DNA of 64,000 bases from a virus (IMGVR_UViG_3300021431_000012:11699-75698); one strand, 5' to 3'. Counted from the first letter of the stretch, positions 7,297-15,600 are shown. A program made the numbers and translations. Notes: a model not told the origin generated them from the sequence alone.

Positions 7297-7863
7297 TTAG
7301 CAGTCACTAAACACGCAGCCCGATTCTTCGTCAAAAGAATAATCAAACCGCATATCGCGCTCAAACGCTTCATAATCAAAATAGCGAGTAAAAAATTCTG
7401 GCACGCCACTAGATAAGCATTCGATTTGCTCGTTAGCACATTCGTCCGTGAAGTCGCGAAAGCTGTCATACTTCCCCATGAATCTATCCCGCGCCTTTTC
7501 AAGAATATCTTCAAAATCTTTCAGCTCGCAGCCATGAATGCGAACGTACGCCTCAACCATCTCGCGCTCGTCTTCGTCTAGTTCCAGCCAGTCAATAATA
7601 CGCTGCACGTCATCCGTACACATGGACTCGCTATAAAACTCTTCGGGAAATCCCTGAAAGTCCTGCATCATAAACTCTGGGTCTGCTTCGTCTTCGTGAA
7701 GACGGCGACACACCTCAAAAAATTCTTCAGCATCATTGCAGCTTTCGAGGTCTATCCACGCGCCTTCAATGCTGCCCTCGGCATACTTTTTGTACGTCCC
7801 AACATACAAACCGACGCCATCTGCATCTTGCATCAGGTAGTCGTTTACGTTTTCTTTTTTCAT
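7297..7863 (-). CDS. ardA: Antirestriction protein ArdA (acidic DNA mimic)
   Basis: YVGTYKKYAEGSIEGAWIDL, EFMMQD..GFP, YFDYEAFERD motifs; highly acidic; start moved to MKKENV. Confidence 0.9.
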   Translation of the reverse strand: MKKENVNDYLMQDADGVGLYVGTYKKYAEGSIEGAWIDLESCNDAEEFFEVCRRLHEDEADPEFMMQDFQGFPEEFYSESMCTDDVQRIIDWLELDEDEREMVEAYVRIHGCELKDFEDILEKARDRFMGKYDSFRDFTDECANEQIECLSSGVPEFFTRYFDYEAFERDMRFDYSFDEESGCVFSDC

Positions 7864-7979
7864 AACATAAACCTGTTTAAATTGTTTCGCGGAAATATCT
7901 CCGTTTGTGGGCTGGGCGGCGTTCCTCAACGCCCTGGCTGGTTTTAACAGACGAGCCCTCCTTTGTGTCGCGGCGCGGC

Positions 7980-8462
7980 CTACTTTGCGCTGTTGGCTTC
8001 GTCGCTTTCGTTTGTGTCTTCTTTTGTGTTTTGTGTTAGCATTTCTAGCCACGTGTCACACTCGGCTAGCATGTCGGCCAGCTTTTGTTCGTCATCAATT
8101 TCGTAACGCCGTGCGATACGGGCGCGAATATATTCCGCCTCGTTTTCATAATAACGTACGGCGGACTCGCGTGCTATTTCTATTTCGTCCGCGTCGGTGC
8201 ATTGTGCAATGTCATCAGCCCAAATAATCTCCGAAGTCCACTCCGCACCGTTTGCGGCACAATGTACGAAGCCGACACGCAGACCGTCGATAAAAATGCT
8301 ATCAACCATGCCGAACACGGGCGAGCCCTTTTTGTCGGTGTACTTTGCAAACGTGCCGACGCACCCGCTAAAATACACGGGGGTTTTGTTTGCTTTGGCG
8401 TTGTTTATTGTGTTAATGTTTTCGGCGCAAATTGCGCTTTCATTGTTGCTGTTCGTTTTCAT
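7980..8462 (-). CDS. Hypothetical protein
   Basis: ORF track. Confidence 0.65.
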   Translation of the reverse strand: MKTNSNNESAICAENINTINNAKANKTPVYFSGCVGTFAKYTDKKGSPVFGMVDSIFIDGLRVGFVHCAANGAEWTSEIIWADDIAQCTDADEIEIARESAVRYYENEAEYIRARIARRYEIDDEQKLADMLAECDTWLEMLTQNTKEDTNESDEANSAK

Positions 8463-8589
8463 ATATTAAAGCGTTTCGTTTTGTTCAAAAATAAGCGTGT
8501 TTATTTGTCGCGTGTTGCGTTGTTTTGGCGAGCACGGGCAACAATGCACCTGCGCCCGTGTCCGCCCGTCTAAACCCAAATAATGCGGG

Positions 8590-9399
8590 TTATTTGCGCC
8601 CGCATTGGTTTAGAATATATTTGCACACCTCCTCGGGCGTGCGGCTTCCGACTCGGCTGATATTCATGATAACGTCGGGCTTCACCTGAAGCTCATTTAG
8701 AAGTTTTCTTTCGACGTCTTCGCTATGAATAGCGTAACCGTAACCGCAAGCAAACGAAACTGGAAGACCTTCGAAAACCTCCATATAACGGAATAGGTGT
8801 CTGCGAAGCATAGACGGGTGAGCCATAGTGTACGCGCATTTTAGAGTATCTAAATGCTGCCTGCTATCTTTAATTAGTACAGCGATTGCTTCTTCTTCGT
8901 CGTTGTGAGATTCGCTCATTTCGCACAACACCACGTTACACCGCACTCCACTAGCTTCTAGTATTAAAACTGCGCCCAAAAATGACGCAGAGGCGTTTAC
9001 TATTCTGTCTGTAGAAACATCTCCGTTTACAGAACAGTTCCAGGCTAGCGTCAAAACTTTAGCGGGCACGCGCTTTTTTCGCGCGTCTATCATGGCGCAC
9101 GGAAGGCCAGCGATATAATTTGGCACATGTGCTGCCGCGCCAACGACGTTTGTAAAGATTTTTCTTTGTGGGGCAGTCTTTTTAATTTGCGCCCGCACGC
9201 GGCTCACGCCTGCGGCCTCTATTCGCTTTTGAATATCGGCTGCGCCGTACATTAAAAGCTGTTCGGCCTCCTCGTACGAGCGCGTCTTCGTAAAATCATA
9301 TGAGCCAATTATGCTTTTTTCACGAAAACCTGGCTGCGTTGTGCCGTTGTTTAGAAATGCACTAAACTCCGTTATTGATTTAAAATATTTTCCGTACAT
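8590..9399 (-). CDS. vWA/CobT-like partner of the MoxR AAA+ ATPase
   Basis: VVG...HVPNYIAG.P..M, NCSVNG...(MIDAS-like)...GVRCNV, AHPSMLRR; directly downstream of the AAA gene. Confidence 0.65.
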   Translation of the reverse strand: MYGKYFKSITEFSAFLNNGTTQPGFREKSIIGSYDFTKTRSYEEAEQLLMYGAADIQKRIEAAGVSRVRAQIKKTAPQRKIFTNVVGAAAHVPNYIAGLPCAMIDARKKRVPAKVLTLAWNCSVNGDVSTDRIVNASASFLGAVLILEASGVRCNVVLCEMSESHNDEEEAIAVLIKDSRQHLDTLKCAYTMAHPSMLRRHLFRYMEVFEGLPVSFACGYGYAIHSEDVERKLLNELQVKPDVIMNISRVGSRTPEEVCKYILNQCGRK

Positions 9400-9498
9400 A
9401 ATGCCGTTTATTTTGTTTGTGTTGCGTTGTTTTGTTGTGGTAAATACAACGGGCAAAGCATTATAACTTCGCCCGTTGTGCGTGTTGTGTTGCGTCGC

Positions 9499-10887
9499 TT
9501 ACTTTATCATGCTAGCAACGGCCTCTGCCCACTCATTCTCTTTGTGTTCGAGTGCGCCGTAAATCATGCGTACTTCGTCAGTGTCCAGACCCTTAAACAA
9601 CCCGCGACGGAGGGCTGCCTGTTTGTTTTCTTTGCGGGCTTCAAGATAACGCGTGGTACGATAGCTTGCCAGCATTGATACCTTCGTTTTATCAATGGCG
9701 CGGCGGACGTCCTCCATGAAGTCCACGAGCTCGGCGTCGTTGTTTGCCATAACGGGTAACTCCACGCGCCTGTCGTATTGCATGCGATAGAACACGAATC
9801 TGTCGCGGCTTGATGCGTCCACGACGTTTGCTGCCGTGTACTCTAAATCTGCGCCAGTCATGGCCGTGTTGCCCGCTGCAATTACGCGGAAGTTAGGGTG
9901 AGCCTTTTTGTTGCCAACGACGGGAAAATCGAAGGAGCCAGTTGCCATGGCGGTATTTAAAACCGTCGTACATTGTACCTCCGTTCTGTCCCACTCGTCC
10001 AAAAATAGAATGCCGCCCTTCGTGAAGGCGTTGTAGAACGGAGTCGGGACAAAGTTACCTGCGGCGTCCCCGTACCCCTTTACCTCGTGCGCAAATTGCA
10101 ACTGCGAACACTCATAAAAGTCGAGCCCGAGGGCGTCGGCTACCTGTCGCGCTGTGTGCGATTTTCCGCAACCTGCCGCGCCGAACATGTAGGGCGCGAA
10201 GCCTTCGTTGACGTCCTGCACAATATCGGCGAAGTCTGAACACGTCACACCTTCGACGTTATGCTCCTGTCCGTCGGCCGTTGTTACAACAACACGCTGG
10301 GCATGTGTTGCGGCCGTTGCTTTTAGCTCATCAATAACGGGCTGCAACTTTGCGAACACGGCAGCAACGACGTTCTTCTCCACACCTGCGAACAACGGCG
10401 TGAGTGCGCTGAACGCGTCCACAACGGCCGACTCTGTGGGCGTTGCGGCGGGCACGGGTGCAGCGTCGGCGGGTGTTGTGTCCGTCGTGGGCTGAACGTC
10501 TGCGGCTGGCTTCGTTGCACGCTTGCCACGACGCGGCTTCCGTGCTGGTTTCTCCTCCGTCGGTTTTTCGTCCGTCGGCACGGGCACAACATCGGGCTGT
10601 GCTGGCGTTGCTTCCGTCGGCGTTGCTTCGCTATCGGGCTCGGGCTTCGTTGCTGGCTTCGACGTGCGCGGCTTCCCTCCGCGGCGCGTCGTTAATTCGT
10701 ACCCGTCCATGATACGGAAGGCCTGACAGCCTTCTTCGTCCGTTGTTAACTCAAGAACGTGCGCCCAGTTTTTGATAAAGCGGGCAGTCATATCTTTGCC
10801 AGTGTTTGACTTCACCAGGCCGTTCTTCACTGTTACGTTTGACACATTGAAAACCTCACTCGTCTGAATGTTCTTTAAAGTAATCAT
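9499..10887 (-). CDS. MoxR/CbbQ/CobS-like AAA+ ATPase with a low-complexity N-terminal linker
   Basis: Walker A GAAGCGKS, Walker B LFLDEWD, HPNFRVIAAGNT, DASSRDRF. Confidence 0.85.
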   Translation of the reverse strand: MITLKNIQTSEVFNVSNVTVKNGLVKSNTGKDMTARFIKNWAHVLELTTDEEGCQAFRIMDGYELTTRRGGKPRTSKPATKPEPDSEATPTEATPAQPDVVPVPTDEKPTEEKPARKPRRGKRATKPAADVQPTTDTTPADAAPVPAATPTESAVVDAFSALTPLFAGVEKNVVAAVFAKLQPVIDELKATAATHAQRVVVTTADGQEHNVEGVTCSDFADIVQDVNEGFAPYMFGAAGCGKSHTARQVADALGLDFYECSQLQFAHEVKGYGDAAGNFVPTPFYNAFTKGGILFLDEWDRTEVQCTTVLNTAMATGSFDFPVVGNKKAHPNFRVIAAGNTAMTGADLEYTAANVVDASSRDRFVFYRMQYDRRVELPVMANNDAELVDFMEDVRRAIDKTKVSMLASYRTTRYLEARKENKQAALRRGLFKGLDTDEVRMIYGALEHKENEWAEAVASMIK

Positions 10888-10948
10888 AATTTTTTATTGT
10901 TTTTAAAGTTAGAAAATGTTGTTATTTATTGATTGTTGTTTTGTTTGT

Positions 10949-11260
10949 TCACCATAGCTCGGAATTTATAACTTCTTCCTGAACTGCGATTGATTCCTGA
11001 TTGAACAGCTTTTTAAGCGTGTCGCAAAGATTTTTAACTTGCATTTTTTCGGCAAATAACAACTCAATGCGCAGCGTTGTTTCGGTTACAATTTGCCCGT
11101 TTTCGTGCTTGTAAATACCTTTTGCCTCAAAAATTGTGCCTCCGTCAAAATCGGCAGAGATTAAGTTACTAACAATTTTGTAGGCTTCTACTGTCGCAAT
11201 TTGTTGCGTTTTTGTATCTTTGTCGTTGAGACCGAGATACAAAGTAAATTTTTTAATCAT
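10949..11260 (-). CDS. DUF3574-like protein
   Basis: LYLGLNDKD...GGTIFEAKGIY...E.TLRIE...LK..FNQESI. Confidence 0.6.
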   Translation of the reverse strand: MIKKFTLYLGLNDKDTKTQQIATVEAYKIVSNLISADFDGGTIFEAKGIYKHENGQIVTETTLRIELLFAEKMQVKNLCDTLKKLFNQESIAVQEEVINSELW

Positions 11261-11377
11261 AATAAAATACGTTTTAAGTTAGAATAAGTTAGAATAAATT
11301 TGCACCATATTCGCGGACTCGCACCGCTTCTGCCCGTCTAAAAATTTACGGGAAAGGGTAGTAAAAACTCCTTCGTT

Positions 11378-11393
11378 TGTTTCACGTGAAACA
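11378..11393. promoter_or_regulatory. parS palindrome 1
   Basis: Exact TGTTTCACGTGAAACA, the canonical chromosomal ParB-binding consensus. Confidence 0.8.
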
Positions 11394-11501
11394 TAAGAGT
11401 TTTAAATTATTTGGTACGTCTGCCCGCGGCCGTCGGCGTGTCGCGCTTTTCGGTTGACTATCGCCCGCCTGGTGAGTGTGCCATGTACGTGCTGAACTTC
11501 G

Positions 11502-11517
11502 TGTTTCACGTGAAACA
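11502..11517. promoter_or_regulatory. parS palindrome 2
   Basis: Exact TGTTTCACGTGAAACA. Confidence 0.8.
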
Positions 11518-11639
11518 AACAAAGAAATTTTCATATAATAAAATAATATGTTTCTTTCGTCGTTTTCCTTTGTGCATTTTGCTACATTCAACACTCTCCA
11601 AAATAACTTTTTTAATCGCTAGAAAATTAAAACGCTTTG

Positions 11640-12195
11640 TTTCGTTTTAGGTTTTTCGTCTTCGCGAAAAAGCTATTTTTCGCGGCTCTATTTTACTAGA
11701 GCCGAATTTTTCGCTCGCGGCATGCACTCGCCGCCGTTGTTTTTATTCGCGTCTATTAAGCACTCTCGCTGCCGTCTGGCTTCGTCCCGCCGTCGGGCTT
11801 CGGGTGATTTTACAACGAATTCCGCGCCATGTTCACCCCGTACTATCAAACGCCAAACCGTTCTCCCGTTTGGGATACCTCCGCCTGCTGCTATGCCTAC
11901 TCTATTACGCTAGTGAGCCTGCTCGGGTCTGCGTCGCGTTGTCTGTGGTCGTTAAATTATCATGTTTTAACCGCCGCCCGTTGGGCGTGCGTTGCGCGTT
12001 GTGTCAATAGGTTACAAAAAGCGGTGAGCCCGTATCAACTCACAAAAACAAATCACTCGCGCCGTGTTCGTTGCCTGGTGTCCTCGTTGCGACGCGTTGC
12101 ACGTCGTTTTAGTCTAAACCCTCGAGGGTGCCTGTCTCGGCGATGCGTCGGGTGTCCCCGTTGCGCTTTGTTGTAACCACTATTTCAAAGAACAC
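11640..12195 (-). ncRNA. Candidate large structured RNA / long leader of the early operon
   Basis: At least 8 stems directly downstream of a consensus promoter, no credible ORF, and G-U pairs that work only on the minus strand. Confidence 0.45.
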
Positions 12196-12199
12196 GATG

Positions 12200-12231
12200 C
12201 AAAGGTACGCATTATTTTTTAATCCACCAAA
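12200..12231 (-). promoter_or_regulatory. Consensus Bacteroidetes promoter driving the leftward early region
   Basis: TTTG (12231-12228), 20-nt spacer, TACCTTTG (12207-12200). Confidence 0.8.
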
Positions 12232-12273
12232 TTTTTTTGCAATTATTTTTTAAATATTTAAAGTACTTTTTTA

Positions 12274-12834
12274 TAACTCGTTGTAAATCAATGAGTTACG
12301 AATATTATTTATAATTAATCTAAATAAGCGTGTTTAGTGCGTAAAATACACGCTATTATTGCCCGTTGTTTGCATGTTCTTTTATATATACATTATTATA
12401 TATAATATATAGATATAATCTATCATGATATAATATTAATTAAATGTATCTTTTACACTATAAAACAAACGTATAACAAAGAAATATAAATAATAAATAT
12501 TATGATAAATAAAACACGTACATGGCAAACGTCCTATTTATCATAATACCTATTTAATCATGCAAAAAGCGGTTTTCACTGTGTGCGCACACAAAACGGC
12601 GATTTTTTCGGGTGTAGATATGTTCCCCACAAAACACCCGAAAACGCAACACGGGCAAAACAACGCGTTTTTCGTTTTTCTTGACACTGATAGAATCAAA
12701 ACGCATAACTAATTGAAAATCAATGAGTTATAATGTGCAAAAATAAAAAGGTACGTTAACTCGTTGACTATCAAGTAGTTACAAAAAATCACGCTTTAAT
12801 AGATGTTTATAACTAATTGAAAATCAATAACTTA
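12274..12834. repeat. Four copies of a 25-bp imperfect palindrome, consensus TAACT-N2-TTG-N4-TCAA-N2-AGTTA
   Basis: Copies at 12274-12298, 12706-12730, 12757-12781 and 12810-12834 (the last ends AACTTA). Confidence 0.8.
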
Positions 12835-12874
12835 AACCCAAATTTATGAAATGTAAATGTTTTTCATATAGCAT

Positions 12875-13090
12875 TATTTAGTGTATATATTACAATATAT
12901 TATAGTAATATTATAGTAATAATATAGAAATACTATTATAGTACTTTTATAGTATATCACAACATATTACTACAGTATATTATATAGTATTACGATAGTA
13001 AATAACAATCAAATAATAATATTATAATATTATAATCATGATAAAATAATAATAATATAATAGTAATAATATTATATATAATATATAGTG
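12875..13090. other. Extremely AT-rich low-complexity tract (candidate unwinding element)
   Basis: About 215 nt dominated by TAT/ATA/TAATA with almost no GC-rich stretch. Confidence 0.45.
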
Positions 13091-13124
13091 CCTTTACTAC
13101 TTTTTGCGAGTTTTGTGTTGTCAT

Positions 13125-13140
13125 TGTTTCACGTGAAACA
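13125..13140. promoter_or_regulatory. parS palindrome 3
   Basis: Exact TGTTTCACGTGAAACA. Confidence 0.8.
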
Positions 13141-13512
13141 TTTGTCGATTTTTTGCCCGTCCGCTTTCGTGCGTTGTGTGTTTTCCCGTTGTTGTTTTTG
13201 TTATATGTTCGTTTGTCAAAATCAAAACCGCGTATTTTGGCCGCGTGTCGGCGTTGTTGGCGGGCGTTGTGTGTGTGGACGCTCGCGACGTTTTAACGCA
13301 ACACGCGCAAAGAAAACGCCCAAATTTGCGACGTTTTGCCGTGCGGCAGAATCGCGTGAGGAGGTGTCGCTTTTTCGTGCGCTTTATTCAAGAAGGGGGG
13401 GCGGGGGTACGCGCCGCCGCAATGATGTGGTGCAAATCGTCCAATTTTTTCTGAAAAAATTTTTTTGAAAAATTTACGAATTACAAAAATATATTAAATT
13501 TCTAGTAATAAT

Positions 13513-13544
13513 ATTGCAATTGCTTATTAAATTTATTATATTTG
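13513..13544 (+). promoter_or_regulatory. Bacteroidetes promoter for 13599-14409
   Basis: ATTG, 20-nt spacer, TATATTTG (13537-13544). Confidence 0.6.
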
Positions 13545-13598
13545 CAAGCTAGTATTTCTTTACTATGCTAGTATAGTGTTAATATATATAGATAATAG

Positions 13599-14054
13599 AT
13601 GGCTGATTTTCAAGTTACAGGTCATATAAGTCGCATTCGTAGGAAGAACGGTGTTATTTGTGTGTACGTTGATGAGTACATGCGTGGTTTTCGTCGTTCT
13701 GATGGTGAGGTTGTTCAAGAGAAGCATTTGACGTGGTGTTGTGTGTTTAAGAATGCGTTTAGTAATTTTTTGGATAGGATTGGTATTGGTAGTTTAGTGA
13801 CGATAAAGGGCGAGATACTACCTTATGGTCGTAGTATAGATGAAAAGGTTGAAGGATATACGTTATTTGGTCAAGTGATAAATGTTGCTTCTTATCCGAA
13901 ATTTCTTCGTGTTGAGGAAAAGATGGTTCGTGATTCGTCAAAGGTTGTGGATGTGCAATCGTCTGATTCTGTTGTTAGTGATGAGGGTAGTGATAGTGTT
14001 AGTCGCAATATTGTTGTTCCTGACATATATGGGTTTAATGAGCCAGATTTTTAG
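13599..14054 (+). CDS. SSB-like OB-fold protein
   Basis: FQVTGHISRI...TW.CVF...IGSLVTIKGEI; acidic/aromatic C-terminus EPDF. Confidence 0.55.
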   Translation: MADFQVTGHISRIRRKNGVICVYVDEYMRGFRRSDGEVVQEKHLTWCCVFKNAFSNFLDRIGIGSLVTIKGEILPYGRSIDEKVEGYTLFGQVINVASYPKFLRVEEKMVRDSSKVVDVQSSDSVVSDEGSDSVSRNIVVPDIYGFNEPDF

Positions 14055-14085
14055 TATTTAATTTAAATAGTGATTACTTTGTGTT

Positions 14086-14409
14086 ATGGTAAAATTAGTT
14101 GATAGCGAATTGGATATTGTTCCCGTTGTGGGGTCTAACAATGATTTATCCAAAGAATTAACGAAGTTGCGTCGTTCAAATACTGCGTTACGCAATGTGA
14201 ACAAGGAGCGTGGCAATCGCATTAGTCTTTTGGAGTCAAAGATTGCCGAGTTGCATGATGAAAAGCGTGCAACGGAGTCATACATTGACACGCTTGTTGA
14301 TAGGGCGAAGCATTTTGAGGAGTTGTACGAAAATGTTCTTTGTGAGCTTGAGGATGAGCGTAGTAAGACGTTATGGGCGCGTTTTCGTGAGCGTTTTCTT
14401 CCGTACTAG
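14086..14409 (+). CDS. Hypothetical coiled-coil protein
   Basis: ORF track; heptad-rich. Confidence 0.65.
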   Translation: MVKLVDSELDIVPVVGSNNDLSKELTKLRRSNTALRNVNKERGNRISLLESKIAELHDEKRATESYIDTLVDRAKHFEELYENVLCELEDERSKTLWARFRERFLPY

Positions 14410-14504
14410 TATGTGCGGACTTTAGTTTTGTGTTATTTTGATTAATATTTGTCTGTTGTCTGAATAGATTTTTCATGTAAATGTAAGATGTTTAGAAATG
14501 ATGA

Positions 14505-14546
14505 GCCCACCCTATTGGTTGTGAAACCGTTGGGGTGGGCGTTTTT
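14505..14546 (+). terminator. Intrinsic terminator between converging units
   Basis: GCCCACCCTATTGGTT-GTGA-AACCGTTGGGGTGGGC-GTTTTT. Confidence 0.75.
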
Positions 14547-14569
14547 AATTAAGGAAAGGGATATATAAA

Positions 14570-14758
14570 CTAAGAAAACACAATCGTATCGCCTTCGACT
14601 TCTACTTTTGCGCCTTGCTGTTGTATTGCCTCGTTGAACGTAGCGTTTAGTTCTTGCTGTGTTTTGTTGAGGTTTGCATCTTTTATTTGTGCTGCGCGTG
14701 CTACAATGCCGTCGCCCGTTTGTGCGTGCAATGTGCCATAAACTTTGATGTCTGCCAT
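14570..14758 (-). CDS. Small virion/tail-associated protein
   Basis: IKVYGTLHAQTGDGIVARAAQIKD.NLNKTQQELN resembles the N-termini of Bacteroidetes phage fibre proteins; last gene of the tail operon. Confidence 0.55.
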   Translation of the reverse strand: MADIKVYGTLHAQTGDGIVARAAQIKDANLNKTQQELNATFNEAIQQQGAKVEVEGDTIVFS

Positions 14759-14784
14759 AATTCTTTCTTTGTTTTTGTTGTTTA

Positions 14785-15600
14785 TTATTCGATATAGAAC
14801 ACCATGCTGCCGCTTGCGATGGAGTTAGACGAGCGATAGCACTTGTACTTGCCGATAGTGATTGGCGTTTGCATGGGTACTTCGAAGCCAGATGATGTGA
14901 CTTTCATGATAGTAGCATCCGTGCATAGCCAAAGGTATGCCGTTGATGGTGTCGTTGTGGTGTACTTGCTAAATATTGCCGTTCCCGTCTTATGCTGCAC
15001 GTTTGTAAGCGATTCTATGTCCGTGGTCGTAGAAATCGTGCTTCCGCCAAATCCTGCATAGATTTCGTTTGTGTCCTCTGGTGTTGGTGTCGGTGGTGTT
15101 GGTACGGGTGGCGTTGGTGCTTCGTGTGCAATCATTTCCTCTAGCACATGTAGCTTGATAGTGCCCATGATATACGAATTACCTTGCCGTTGTAGCTTTT
15201 CCGTTGTCGGTTTGTACGATTCTAGGCATACACAATGTGCTTCTTTTAGTGTGTAGGTAGAGAAAACGTACACGTCGGAATCGGTAAGGAAAGACACGAA
15301 CTCGTCATGTTGTTCGCGAACGTCAATACCGCCCTCTGCGTATCTATTACCAACGATGAAAGTGATTTCGATGTCGGGGTTTTCGCGTATCACCACGGGG
15401 TTGTTATGCTCGTCTAGTGTGGCAATCTGAAAATCCTCCGTCTGGTTGTCTATCCAGTGTGCCGTATAGATGTTCACTGGCTTGCCTCGTTCCTCAAAAC
15501 CGTCAATTTTCAAGATTCTCACGCCGTCAAAGAGAGTTGTGATGTCTTGATAGTCGTTTATTTCGGAATTTTTGATAAAATACTTGTTTTTAAGTTCCAT
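14785..15600 (-). CDS. Distal tail (Dit)-like protein with a Pro-rich linker and extra C-terminal domain
   Basis: Position downstream of the TMP; APTPPVPTPPTPTPE linker. Confidence 0.5.
   Translation of the reverse strand: MELKNKYFIKNSEINDYQDITTLFDGVRILKIDGFEERGKPVNIYTAHWIDNQTEDFQIATLDEHNNPVVIRENPDIEITFIVGNRYAEGGIDVREQHDEFVSFLTDSDVYVFSTYTLKEAHCVCLESYKPTTEKLQRQGNSYIMGTIKLHVLEEMIAHEAPTPPVPTPPTPTPEDTNEIYAGFGGSTISTTTDIESLTNVQHKTGTAIFSKYTTTTPSTAYLWLCTDATIMKVTSSGFEVPMQTPITIGKYKCYRSSNSIASGSMVFYIE

Noticed and set aside
7864-8052. Arg-rich N-terminal extension of ArdA in the ORF track
   Set aside because: It overlaps the upstream gene and a structured intergenic element; ArdA homology and the A-rich start begin at 7863.
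11382-12176. Several 60-115-aa ORFs in the control region
   Set aside because: Arg/Cys/Ser-rich compositions typical of non-coding GC-rich sequence, with no A-rich initiation context; the region is better explained as structured RNA.
12204-12231. XerCD dif site (GGTACGCATTA resembles the XerC arm)
   Set aside because: No XerD arm (TTATGTTAAAT-like) follows, and the sequence is explained as the promoter spacer.
12274-12834. CRISPR mini-array
   Set aside because: The copies are degenerate, the spacing is irregular (432, 51 and 53 bp), and there are no cas genes; operator or res-like sites fit better.
13088-13468. 126-aa and 92-aa plus-strand ORFs
   Set aside because: Low-complexity products from G/T-skewed DNA that overlap parS and lie upstream of the first credible promoter.
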